In this document: positions 27,096 to 36,291 of the stretch, in pieces
Numbering within the stretch: position 1 is the stretch's first letter
Layout: every line of letters starts with the position of its first letter
Origin: Phycisphaerae bacterium
GTDB taxonomy: Bacteria > Planctomycetota > Phycisphaerae > UBA1845
Direction of reading: 5' to 3'
Length of the DNA: 64,000 nucleotides
Assembly: GCA_963666835.2 (NCBI GenBank)
Contig: CAXXGO010000006.1
Location: 1,184,001-1,248,000, forward strand
Made by a program: the position numbers and the translations under genes
Notes under the pieces: generated by a model
Databases searched by the model: none
What the model saw: the letters and a program-made list of their open reading frames with translations, nothing else
What the model was told of the DNA's origin: nothing

Positions 27096-28805
27096 ATGTC
27101 ATTAAGCTCGGCCATGCTGGTGGGTTTCACGGGGATCAGGAGCAACAGTGTTGCGGTAGATACGGTTGGAGACAACCTCGCGAACCTCAATACGACGGCC
27201 TTCAAAGGGCAGCGGACTCTGTTCGAGACGCTGATGTATAACACGATTAGCGAAGGCTCGGGTCCGGGGGAGACCAGCGGTGGGACTCTACCGCGCCAGG
27301 TCGGTACCGGATCGACCGTCGCCGCGATTCAACGGGACTACGGGCAGGGAGCCGTGGAGGAGAGCGGCTACCCCAGCGACTTGGCGATTGATGGAGACGG
27401 GTTCTTCATTCTGGACGTAGGGGAGGGTGAGCGGGCTTACACGCGCGACGGGGCTTTTAATCTCGATTCGAGCCAGACTCTGGTAGCCGCCACGAATGGT
27501 AAGCCGGTACAGGTATTCGCGGCCGACGCCGCCGGGAATATCGATACCGGTACTCTTACTGACCTGGTGATTCCCCTGGGAACCGCCAGCGAGGCAATCG
27601 CCACCACCGAAGTCATAATGGACGGACGACTCGACGCGGCGACGGCGGTGGCGTCTACCGCGGCGGTTGTTCAATCAGAGCCTCTGCTTACGTCCGGTGG
27701 CTCCGCGGGAACAACCGGTACGGCCCTGACCGATTTGGCTGCCGAGAACGGACTGCCGCTGTTTAGTACGGGAGATGTACTTACGATCAACGGGACGCGC
27801 GGAGGCGTTGCGGTCACCGAGTCCGAGTTCATTGTGGGCACGACAGGTAGCACCCTGGGCGATCTGGCCGCACATCTGGAGAGCGCCCTGGGGATCAATC
27901 CGGATCCGGCGACCGGCGGGACTCCGGGAGTGACGATCGGCGACGGAACGACCGCCCCGGCCGGGACGCTGGTGATCAACTCTAATCTCGGAGAGATTAA
28001 CGCTATTGAGCTGGACAGTTCGTCCGTAACGAACACGACGGGAGCGGTACCGTCGCCGTTTTCGTTTACGACGGCCACAAGTGCCGTGGGCGGGGGGGGC
28101 GACGGGACTACGACTTCGTTTAAGGTCTTCGACTCGCTGGGCAATGCGGTGGATGTGCGCCTGCGCGTCGCGATGGAATCGAAGTCGGAAACAGGAACCA
28201 CCTGGCGGTTCTTCGCCGAATCGGAAGGTGACACCGATCTGACTCCGGTGCTCGGGACGGGCACGATTTCCTTCGATGCCAACGGGCAGTTTGTCGGGGC
28301 CACCGGTACGGAGCTGTCGATCGATAGGGACGGAGTGGGCTCGACGACGCCGCTGGTCTTCGACTTGGATTTCAGCGGGATGACGGGATTGGCCGGGACC
28401 AACGGCGAGTCCGAGATAATCATGTCGAGCCAGGACGGGGCGGCTGCCGGAGTAATGACCGGATACGGTGTTGATACGGATGGCGTGGTGACGGCGTCGT
28501 ACTCGAACGACCAGGAGCGCGTGCTGGGACAGGTGGCCTTGGCCAAGTTTGCGAACAACGAAGGGCTGCTGGGCCGGAGCGACAATACGTTTACGGTCGG
28601 ACCGAACTCGGGGGACGCGACTATCGTGGCTCCCGGGGAGGCGGCCACGGGCATTATTCGGTCCGGGCATCTGGAGCAGAGTAATGTGGAGGTAACGCGC
28701 GAGTTCGTGAATCTGATCTCCGCCCAGACGGGGATCTCGTCGGCCAGCCGGGTAGTGCGGGTGGCTGATGACCTTTTGCAGGAACTCCTGCTGCTGGCGA
28801 GGTAG
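27096..28805 (+). CDS. flgE: Flagellar hook protein FlgE (with insertion domain)
   Basis: GDNLANLNTTAFK, DLAIDGDGFF, YTRDGAF, VFDSLG, SGHLEQSNVEVTREFVNLISAQ. Confidence 0.93.
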   Translation: MSLSSAMLVGFTGIRSNSVAVDTVGDNLANLNTTAFKGQRTLFETLMYNTISEGSGPGETSGGTLPRQVGTGSTVAAIQRDYGQGAVEESGYPSDLAIDGDGFFILDVGEGERAYTRDGAFNLDSSQTLVAATNGKPVQVFAADAAGNIDTGTLTDLVIPLGTASEAIATTEVIMDGRLDAATAVASTAAVVQSEPLLTSGGSAGTTGTALTDLAAENGLPLFSTGDVLTINGTRGGVAVTESEFIVGTTGSTLGDLAAHLESALGINPDPATGGTPGVTIGDGTTAPAGTLVINSNLGEINAIELDSSSVTNTTGAVPSPFSFTTATSAVGGGGDGTTTSFKVFDSLGNAVDVRLRVAMESKSETGTTWRFFAESEGDTDLTPVLGTGTISFDANGQFVGATGTELSIDRDGVGSTTPLVFDLDFSGMTGLAGTNGESEIIMSSQDGAAAGVMTGYGVDTDGVVTASYSNDQERVLGQVALAKFANNEGLLGRSDNTFTVGPNSGDATIVAPGEAATGIIRSGHLEQSNVEVTREFVNLISAQTGISSASRVVRVADDLLQELLLLAR

Positions 28806-28870
28806 CTGATGACTGCGGTCGGAAAACCGGTGAGGCGGCGGTTAGGGGCTTTTGCCTGGAGGAACACCCG

Positions 28871-29065
28871 ATGATTACCCTGACTCGCCTTGACGAACGC
28901 GTGATCGTAATCAACGCGGAGTTGATCAAGATGCTGGAGGCGACGCCGGACACGATCGTCACGCTGATCAACGGTGACACGGTCATAGTCCGGGAGCCGG
29001 TTGACGAAGTCGTTCGCCGGGCGATCGACTACGCCCGGCAGATCCGGAGTTTCCAGGTGGTATAG
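28871..29065 (+). CDS. flbD: Flagellar FlbD (SwrD/YlzI-type) family protein
   Basis: MITLTRLD....VINAELIK.LEATPDTIVTLING...IVRE..DEVV. Located between flgE and motA. Confidence 0.9.
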   Translation: MITLTRLDERVIVINAELIKMLEATPDTIVTLINGDTVIVREPVDEVVRRAIDYARQIRSFQVV

Positions 29066-29297
29066 GGTTGTGAAGACCCGCGAGGGAGTCTGCGAGCCGA
29101 GCAGTTATCGGGCGGTGGATTCCACAATGGATGGGAAGCCGATGCCTAACGAGGGATGGCTCGGGCGTCGATATCGGATGATATGGGAATGTTGTGCGCC
29201 GGGGTTATGTCCACCGGCGCTGAGCCGTTCGGTGCTGAGGCGGCCGCGGATTGACGTGTGGATCCGCGACCTTGGTGCCGGAGTGTCGGAGTAGGCG

Positions 29298-30077
29298 ATG
29301 GATATCGCGACGATTGTCGGACTGGTCATGGGGACCGGGCTTCTGTTATGGGCCATTATGGGCAAGTCCGACCTGGGGGCCTTCTCCGATGCCGGGTCTG
29401 TGGCAATCGTGATCGGTGGGTCAGCCAGCGCCGTTCTCGTGGCATTCCCTCTGAAGAACTGTCTTGGTGCCCTGAACGTGATCAAGAAGTGCTTCTTCAC
29501 GAAACCGCTCGACCCCATGGATCTGATTGCGGATATGGTCAAGTTCGCGGAGGTCGCCCGGCGGGACGGGATTCTGGCTTTGGAGAATGCCACGGCCGAC
29601 ATCGACGACCCCTTTCTGGTGTCCGGTATCCAGATGGCGGTCGATGGAACCGATCCGGATTTGATCGAAGCGATAATGACCAGCGATCTCGATGCCGTGG
29701 AGGCTCGCCACGGAGACGGTAAGGCCATCATGGAAAGCGTCGGGCGATACGCTCCGGCCTTTGGCATGATCGGTACGCTGGTTGGTCTCGTGATCATGTT
29801 GGGCGGCATGGACGACCCCAACAGTATCGGTCCGGCGATGGCGGTTGCCTTGCTCACTACCATGTATGGCGCGGTGCTGGCGAACTTGGTTGCGTTGCCC
29901 CTGGCGGACAAACTGGCTTTGCGCAGCAGGGAGGAGCTGACCCACAAGATGATCGTGATCAAGGGCGTGATGGCGATTCAGTCCGGGGACAACCCGAGAA
30001 TCGTAGAACAGAAACTCAAGACGTTCCTGCCGAACGCGGCGCGCTCGGGTGGAGACAAGGAAGCCAAGGCCGCCTAG
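29298..30077 (+). CDS. motA: Flagellar stator A subunit (MotA/PomA)
   Basis: MDIATIVG, ARRDGILALE, DPFL..GI.MAVDG, APAFGMIGTLVGL, ALLTTMYG, G.NPR. Confidence 0.95.
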   Translation: MDIATIVGLVMGTGLLLWAIMGKSDLGAFSDAGSVAIVIGGSASAVLVAFPLKNCLGALNVIKKCFFTKPLDPMDLIADMVKFAEVARRDGILALENATADIDDPFLVSGIQMAVDGTDPDLIEAIMTSDLDAVEARHGDGKAIMESVGRYAPAFGMIGTLVGLVIMLGGMDDPNSIGPAMAVALLTTMYGAVLANLVALPLADKLALRSREELTHKMIVIKGVMAIQSGDNPRIVEQKLKTFLPNAARSGGDKEAKAA

Positions 30078-30090
30078 GCGAGGAAGGCCC

Positions 30091-30852
30091 ATGCCCGGAA
30101 AGAAGAAGCAGGAAGCGCCGCAAGGCGCGCCAGAGTGGATGGTGACGTACGGCGACGCCATGACGCTCTTGCTGTGCTTCTTCGTGATCATCGTTTCCAT
30201 GAGCGAGGTCAAACAGGATCAGCGTTTTCAGCAAGTAATGGAGTCGTTGCGGAAGACGTTCGGCGGGTATGTGGGCCAGGTCGGTATGACGCCGGTCGAG
30301 CAGATTCCGGCTAACTCGCTGTTGCAGCGATTGCTGGAGATAGACGTGCGGGTGTTGAAAGACAAAAAGGGGGACTCGGATACCGAGGGGATCCACGGCC
30401 GGGAGTTCCGCGTGACCAACGTGCGCGACGGGCTTGAAGTGGTTGTGGGGGGCCGGGTGACGTTTCCTCGCCACAGCGCGACGTTGATGCCGGAAGGACG
30501 GAGGCTAATCGCCGAGGTTGCGGAACGCTTGCGCGGATACAATACCAAGATCCTCGTTCGCGGACACGCCACGCGGGAGCCGCTTCCTGAGGACTCCATT
30601 TATGATGACGCCCGGGATTTATCGTATCGCCGGGCTAAGGCGGTGGTCAGCGAACTGGAGAAGCACGGGGTCCGGGGTGTTCGGTTGATCCCAGTTGCTT
30701 TGGGTGATACCGAGCCGCTGGTGCGGCAGGCTTACACGGAGGAGCGGCGCGCGCTCAATCGTCGCGTGGAGATTCTGGTTACGGAGGACCTTATCGAAGA
30801 TTTCGCCGGCTCTACGTTGGCGGATGAGATTAAGGAGTCCTCTAATGGGTGA
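30091..30852 (+). CDS. motB: Flagellar stator B subunit (MotB/PomB)
   Basis: WMVTYGDAMTLLLCFFVII. OmpA-like domain (VRGHA, LSYRRA, NRRVEI). Confidence 0.92.
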   Translation: MPGKKKQEAPQGAPEWMVTYGDAMTLLLCFFVIIVSMSEVKQDQRFQQVMESLRKTFGGYVGQVGMTPVEQIPANSLLQRLLEIDVRVLKDKKGDSDTEGIHGREFRVTNVRDGLEVVVGGRVTFPRHSATLMPEGRRLIAEVAERLRGYNTKILVRGHATREPLPEDSIYDDARDLSYRRAKAVVSELEKHGVRGVRLIPVALGDTEPLVRQAYTEERRALNRRVEILVTEDLIEDFAGSTLADEIKESSNG

Positions 30853-31369
30853 TGAACCAGCTACTGGGGCCAACGCTGCGCCGGCGGGCAAGTCTAAGTT
30901 GATGCCGATCATAATCGTCGCAGCTCTGATGATCGGTGAGGGCGTCGGGATCTACTTCGTGGCGAAGGCCCTGCACACGGGACCGGACATCGCTGCCGCG
31001 GGCGAAGGGGTCGAGGAGCCCGAGCCGGAGGGCGCCGTCGGGATGGAGCTGTCCGAGGTTGCCCTGGGGGAGGCTCGCCCCAGCAACAAGATGTCGGGTA
31101 AGTTCATCACGTTCCAGGTTAAGGTCTCTATTCTGGTGGATACCGAACGGCTCGAAGCGACCACAGCGCTTGTGGAAACCAAGCAGGCCCGACTCAAGGA
31201 CCGGATCAACTTCGTGTTCCGAAGCGCCGAACTGAACCACCTGAATGAGCCGGGCTTGGAGACGATCCGTCGACGATTAAAGTTCGAATTTGATCGGGTG
31301 TTCGGTGATGACACGATCGTGAAAGAGGTCTTGATCACCGAGATGTTGCAGTCGAGCTCCGGCGTTTGA
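30845..31369 (+). CDS. fliL: Flagellar basal body-associated protein FliL
   Basis: N-terminal TM, ARLKDRI, L.EPGLETIRRRL, VKEVLI. Follows motB. Confidence 0.82.
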   Translation: MGDEPATGANAAPAGKSKLMPIIIVAALMIGEGVGIYFVAKALHTGPDIAAAGEGVEEPEPEGAVGMELSEVALGEARPSNKMSGKFITFQVKVSILVDTERLEATTALVETKQARLKDRINFVFRSAELNHLNEPGLETIRRRLKFEFDRVFGDDTIVKEVLITEMLQSSSGV

Positions 31370-31439
31370 GTGTCGGCCGCACGCCGGATTCACCGATAAT
31401 ACCCGATAGCATGGAGAGCTGCTCAAGTACCTCGTAGGG

Positions 31440-32381
31440 ATGGAGCCCGTGGACGAGAATGGTAACTCACAACCTGGGCAGGGCGATTTCGATCAGAGCG
31501 ATATAGACGCACTGTTCTCCGGGGGGACGCCCGGAGAAGACGCGAAGGGGGAAGAGACTCCTGCGCCGGATTCCGGCGAAATCAGTCAAGCTGACATCGA
31601 CGCTCTCGTGCAAGGAGGCGGCGCGGCTGAATCGCCGTCCCCGCCCGCTGCGGACGATGGCGAAATAAGCCAAGCCGATATTGATGCCCTCATGCAAGGT
31701 GGTGCTGCTGCTGATGAACCTCCTCCCGCCGCCGCGGACGACGGCGAGATAAGCCAGGCCGACATTGACGCTCTCATGCAAGCCGGTGCCGGCGATGCAC
31801 CGCCTCCTGCCGCTGCGGGCGATGGCGAGATAAGCCAGGCCGATATTGATGCCCTTATGCAGGGTGGGGCCGGTGCTGCGGCGGAGACCCCGCCTGCGCC
31901 GGAGCCGGATACCCGGGTAGACACGCTGGGTCGTCCCTTCGATGAAATGGCTGCGGCTATGGCGGCCGCCATCGAGGAAGAGAAAGCGGCGGCTGCTGCC
32001 GCAGCGGCCAGTGCTCCGCCACCGCCTCCTCCTCCGCCAACGCCACAGGCTCCTCCTATACCCATTGAGACAAGAGCATTCGAGCTGGCCGACCTGAGCG
32101 ATAGCGGCGGCCTCGAAACCAACGCCAAGCGGATCACGATGCTCAACGACGTTGACCTTCGAGTGAAGCTACAGTTGGGGCAGACGCGGATGCTGGTCGA
32201 GGAAGTGCTTAAGCTGGGTGAGGGAAGCGTAGTCGAACTCGATAAGCTCGCCGGTGACCCGGTGGATGTGATTATTAATGACCGGTTGATTGCCCGCGGT
32301 GAGGTGCTCGTGCTGAACGACAGTTTCTGTGTACGGATCAGCGAAGTACTGGCCAATGATCCCCATCGGGTGACGGCATGA
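31440..32381 (+). CDS. fliN: Flagellar motor switch protein FliN with an extended N-terminus of five SQxDIDAL repeats
   Basis: C-terminal SpoA domain LNDVDLRVKLQLGQT..LVEEVLKLGEGSVVELDKLAGDPVD..IN.RLIARGEVLV.ND.F.VRI. Confidence 0.92.
   Translation: MEPVDENGNSQPGQGDFDQSDIDALFSGGTPGEDAKGEETPAPDSGEISQADIDALVQGGGAAESPSPPAADDGEISQADIDALMQGGAAADEPPPAAADDGEISQADIDALMQAGAGDAPPPAAAGDGEISQADIDALMQGGAGAAAETPPAPEPDTRVDTLGRPFDEMAAAMAAAIEEEKAAAAAAAASAPPPPPPPPTPQAPPIPIETRAFELADLSDSGGLETNAKRITMLNDVDLRVKLQLGQTRMLVEEVLKLGEGSVVELDKLAGDPVDVIINDRLIARGEVLVLNDSFCVRISEVLANDPHRVTA
31482..31870 (+). repeat. Intragenic tandem repeat encoding (DG)EISQADIDAL(M)QxG plus Pro/Ala linker
   Basis: FDQSDIDALF, ISQADIDALV and three ISQADIDALM, with a period of about 84-87 bp. 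Confidence 0.9.
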
Positions 32382-33181
32382 TCGCTCAGGCCGGGGTTGG
32401 TGACCGGTGCCGCTGCAGTGCAAACGGCCCGGTGAGATTGCTGACGGTATTGCTGGGTATGACCGCAGCCCTGTCGTTCGCCCAGGCACCGGATGTAGTG
32501 CCTGCTGTGCCGAACGACGGTCAGGTGTCATCGAATCAGAGCGTGGCGTTACCGGATGATCCCGGGCCGGCGGTGGAGAGCAATCTACCCGACGAAGCCG
32601 TGGCCGCTTCGGCGAATGAAGGTCCCCCGAGCCCGACGTTCTCGCGTCGGCGAGCGGTGGCGCGTCGCCCGATACTGGAGACCGAGGCCGAGGCCGGCGG
32701 AGTCGGGCGTTATCAAGGGGCCTCACCCTGGTACCGCACGGGGTTGGGGGCTCTTGGGTTGGTCTTGGCTCTGGTGGCTCTGGTTTACGCTGGGGTTCGG
32801 CGATGGGTTCCTTCGGTGCGCTCCGGCGACAGCGGGTTGATGCGGGTTGTCTCCCGCACCAGTTTGACGCCCAAGCAGCATGTGGTTCTGTTGCAGGTCG
32901 GACGTCGTCTGGTTTTGGTGGGCGTAGGTTCCGATCAGGTGCGAAACCTTTGCGAAATAACTGATCAGAGCGAGGTGGCGGAATTGACGGCCGGTTTGGG
33001 GACTTGGAATTCGCGCGGCTCTTTCGACGACAAGCTGTTCAGCCAGGTGTCCGAGTATCGTGAGGATTGGGAGGAGGAGGGAGCAGCGGATGACCGCTCT
33101 CGCCCGCGGCGGCAACCGGAAAGAGCCGCACCGTTGAAAGAGCTGCTGCTACGACTGCGGGAGTTGAAGATAAAGGAGTAG
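32378..33181 (+). CDS. fliO: Flagellar biosynthetic protein FliO (extended)
   Basis: TM, then MRVVSRTSLTPKQHVVLLQVGRRLVLVGV...V..LCEITD. Located between fliN and fliP. Confidence 0.85.
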   Translation: MIAQAGVGDRCRCSANGPVRLLTVLLGMTAALSFAQAPDVVPAVPNDGQVSSNQSVALPDDPGPAVESNLPDEAVAASANEGPPSPTFSRRRAVARRPILETEAEAGGVGRYQGASPWYRTGLGALGLVLALVALVYAGVRRWVPSVRSGDSGLMRVVSRTSLTPKQHVVLLQVGRRLVLVGVGSDQVRNLCEITDQSEVAELTAGLGTWNSRGSFDDKLFSQVSEYREDWEEEGAADDRSRPRRQPERAAPLKELLLRLRELKIKE

Positions 33182-33194
33182 GCTCGCGGCAAGG

Positions 33195-34055
33195 ATGCGG
33201 CGGGCTTTTGGCGCGTTGGAGAAGCGCATGATCGTCGAGCATGGAGGCTCGCGCATCGGTCGCGGTCTAGTGGTCGGTGCTCTCGCGTTCGCGATGTTTG
33301 GGGGCGTTGCGCGCGCCCAGACCGCCCCTGCGCCGGCGTTCGACAACTCTCTGCAGGTTCCGGATCTCACCAAGATTCTGCCTCCGGCCGGAGACGCTCA
33401 AGGGGTCTCTGCGACGATGCAGATCTTCGTTCTGCTCACCGTTTTGACTCTGGTTCCGTCGATCCTCATGATGATGACGGCCTTTCCGCGCATCGTCATT
33501 GTTCTGTCACTTCTTCGTCAGGCGATGGGCACTCCGCAGATGCCGCCGGCTCAGGTGATGATCGGGCTGTCGGTGTTTCTGACCATGTTGATCATGGCTC
33601 CGACGTGGAGCCGGATTCAAGCTGAAGCAGTTACTCCGTATTTCGACAACCGGATGGGGCAGGCCGACGCGCTGACGATAACGACCGGCCATCTCAAGGA
33701 CTTCATGCACCGCCAGATCGCCCAAGCCGGGAATGACGAAGACATCTTCCTGTTCCTGGAGTACGGCGATAACCGCCAAGTGGCCCCCGGCGATACGATT
33801 GAAGTCGCCGAAGTTCCGATGACCGTGATGATCCCCGCCTTCATCCTGAGCGAACTGAAAACCGCGTTCATCATGGGGTTTAGGATCTACCTGCCGTTTC
33901 TGGTAATCGACATGGTGATCGCCACGATTCTGATCTCGATGGGTATGATGATGTTGCCGCCGGTGCTTATCTCGTTGCCGTTCAAGATCCTGTTGTTCGT
34001 GCTGGCGGACGGATGGCACCTGATCGTGGAGAATCTGCTTTACAGCTTTGCGTAG
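33195..34055 (+). CDS. fliP: Flagellar export gate protein FliP
   Basis: MMTAFPRIVIVLSLLRQAMGTPQMPP, PAFILSELKTAF, LPFLVIDM, MGMMMLPP, LPFKILLFVLADGW. Start may be 33228. Confidence 0.96.
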   Translation: MRRAFGALEKRMIVEHGGSRIGRGLVVGALAFAMFGGVARAQTAPAPAFDNSLQVPDLTKILPPAGDAQGVSATMQIFVLLTVLTLVPSILMMMTAFPRIVIVLSLLRQAMGTPQMPPAQVMIGLSVFLTMLIMAPTWSRIQAEAVTPYFDNRMGQADALTITTGHLKDFMHRQIAQAGNDEDIFLFLEYGDNRQVAPGDTIEVAEVPMTVMIPAFILSELKTAFIMGFRIYLPFLVIDMVIATILISMGMMMLPPVLISLPFKILLFVLADGWHLIVENLLYSFA

Positions 34056-34082
34056 GCGATAGGGCCCGGATAGGAGGATCTT

Positions 34083-34343
34083 ATGGAGTTTGCTGCCGCG
34101 ATTGAGCTGGGACGAAATGCCTTCTGGATGGCAGTGTCGACGTCCGCTCCGATTCTCGTTATGGGGCTGGTGGTCGGGCTGGCGATCTCCTTGTTTCAAG
34201 CGGTGACCCAACTGCAGGAGCAAACCCTGACGTTCGTCCCGAAGATCGCGGCCATGATCGTCGCCGCGACGATCTTCATTCCGTGGATTGCGAATCGGAT
34301 GGTCGTGTTTACGCAGGAGATGTTCAGCTCGCTGCCTTGGTAA
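34083..34343 (+). CDS. fliQ: Flagellar export gate protein FliQ
   Basis: GLAISLFQAVTQLQEQTLTFVPK. Confidence 0.96.
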   Translation: MEFAAAIELGRNAFWMAVSTSAPILVMGLVVGLAISLFQAVTQLQEQTLTFVPKIAAMIVAATIFIPWIANRMVVFTQEMFSSLPW

Positions 34344-34375
34344 CTACCGGCGCGGTGAGAGAATAAGGTACTCGG

Positions 34376-35176
34376 ATGCCGTGGTCGTTGTTTGACATAC
34401 TGTTGGCTCTGCCCGCCTATGCTCTGGTTCTGTTTCGCCTGGTGGGTCTGGCTCTGACCGCGCCGGTCTACGGCAGCCAGATGGTTCCCGCCCGGGTCCG
34501 GGTGGCGCTTATTATGGTGATCGCCGCGATGATCTTCCCGCAGGTGGGCGGTCAGGCTCCGGCTGGTCTGACGCTCACGGGGGCGCTTCTGGGAGTGGTC
34601 GCGGAACTGATGATCGGTCTGACCATCGGGCTGGCGCTAAGCGTGTTCGTAAGCGGAGTCGAGCTGGCAGGGATGATGGTCGGACGCCAATCCGGCATTG
34701 CGCTCGCCCAGGTGTTCGACCCGGCGCAGAACGCGGAAGTGTCGATCCTCGGCCAACTGTACAGCATAACCCTGATGACGCTCTTTCTGCTGGCCGGAGG
34801 GCATCGCGCTACGATGGCGGCGTTGCTCGATACCTTCGATGTAATGCCGCTGATGTCGTTCCAATTCGGCGAACCGATTGTCGTGTTGATTACGGAGATG
34901 CTGACGTCGGCGTTTATCTTCGGGGTTCGTCTTGCCGGTCCGGCGTTGTTGGCGTTGTTCTTAGCCAGTGCCGGATTGGGTTTTCTCTCGCGAACCATGC
35001 CGCAACTCAACATTCTGTCCGTCGGTTTCACGGTGCGGGCGGTCATCGCTTTGGGAGTTGCCGGGCTGGCCATCGCGGGCAGTGAAGATCTGCTTCTTGA
35101 TGCGGTTTGGGACGCGTTGGAGACGGTACGCGTCGGAATGGGACTTGATCCGGACCCGATAGGATTGACCGGCTGA
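34376..35176 (+). CDS. fliR: Flagellar export gate protein FliR
   Basis: VPARVR, ELMIGL, AG...G.Q.G......FDP, GGH, LSRTMPQLNILSVGF. Confidence 0.93.
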   Translation: MPWSLFDILLALPAYALVLFRLVGLALTAPVYGSQMVPARVRVALIMVIAAMIFPQVGGQAPAGLTLTGALLGVVAELMIGLTIGLALSVFVSGVELAGMMVGRQSGIALAQVFDPAQNAEVSILGQLYSITLMTLFLLAGGHRATMAALLDTFDVMPLMSFQFGEPIVVLITEMLTSAFIFGVRLAGPALLALFLASAGLGFLSRTMPQLNILSVGFTVRAVIALGVAGLAIAGSEDLLLDAVWDALETVRVGMGLDPDPIGLTG

Positions 35177-36267
35177 TGCCCGAGGATGTCGGCGATAAGA
35201 CCGAACCACCGACCCCGCGACGTCTCCAGGACGCCCGCCAGCAGGGGCAGGTGGCGCGCAGCCAGGATCTCGCCGCCGCCGTGCTGCTGTTCGTCGGTTT
35301 CCTGGGGTTGGGAGTGCTCGGTCCGAGGCTCTGGGACGCCATGCAGCAGATCCTCCGCGGGGCCTTCACTTCGGAATCACCCACTCAACTTGACGACATG
35401 TGGCCTTTCATGTTGGTGACCGCGAAGGAGGTCATCATGCGACTGGGTCCGCTGCTGTTGGTTATGTTCGCTACGCTCCTGGCCGTGACCTATGCGCAGG
35501 TGGGTTGGCTGTTGACCGCCAAGCCGCTGATCCCCAGTCTCTCGAAGATCAACCCCATCAGCGGGTTCAAGCGGTTGTTCTCCCTTCGCATGCTCATGAT
35601 GGCGGTTACCAACCTGGGCAAACTTCTGGTCGTGACGGTGGTCGGTTACCTGACCATATCGAGCAGTGCCGCGGCAATCATTTACGCCTTCACCCTCGAG
35701 TACGACGACGTGTTTCGCCTGGGGGCCTCCTTGATGTTTACGATGGGGTTGCGGCTGGCCGGGGCGCTGGTCATTTTAGCCCTCTTCGATTTCGCGTGGC
35801 AGAAGTACAAGCACTTGCGCGACTTGCGGATGACCAAGGAGGAAGTGAAGGACGAATACCGGAGCATGGAGGGCGATCCGAGAGTCAAGCAACGTCGCCG
35901 GCAGGTGCAATTCCAGTTGGCGTTACAGCGGTTGAGGAAGGACGTTCCGACTGCTGATGTCATCGTGACCAATCCGACGCATGTGGCCGTGGCAATCCGT
36001 TACGACGCCGAGGTCATGGTTGCTCCTAAGGTTGTAGCCAAGGGGGCCGATCACCTGGCGTTGCGGATTCGTCAGATTGCCGGTGAGTTCGGGATTCCGA
36101 TCGTGCAGCGTGCTCCGCTGGCTCGGGCGATCTACGCCGATGTTGAGGTCGGCCAGTTCCTGCCGGAGCGTTTCTATCAGGCGGTTGCCGAGATCCTGGC
36201 CTACGTTTATGGGCTGGCTGGGCGATCAGTGACGGGACCAAGACGCAATGTTGCCCCGGCCTATTAA
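35176..36267 (+). CDS. flhB: Flagellar export protein FlhB
   Basis: KTEPPTPRRL, KINPISG, MTKEEVKDE...EGDP, autocleavage motif NPTH, APKVVAKG, PLARA. Confidence 0.96.
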   Translation: MPEDVGDKTEPPTPRRLQDARQQGQVARSQDLAAAVLLFVGFLGLGVLGPRLWDAMQQILRGAFTSESPTQLDDMWPFMLVTAKEVIMRLGPLLLVMFATLLAVTYAQVGWLLTAKPLIPSLSKINPISGFKRLFSLRMLMMAVTNLGKLLVVTVVGYLTISSSAAAIIYAFTLEYDDVFRLGASLMFTMGLRLAGALVILALFDFAWQKYKHLRDLRMTKEEVKDEYRSMEGDPRVKQRRRQVQFQLALQRLRKDVPTADVIVTNPTHVAVAIRYDAEVMVAPKVVAKGADHLALRIRQIAGEFGIPIVQRAPLARAIYADVEVGQFLPERFYQAVAEILAYVYGLAGRSVTGPRRNVAPAY

Positions 36268-36291
36268 GGAGAGTCTGTCGACTAACAGCTC

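Noticed and set aside
31370..31439. Sigma-28 promoter before fliN (ACCGATAA)
   Set aside because: No acceptable -35 element at the required spacing.
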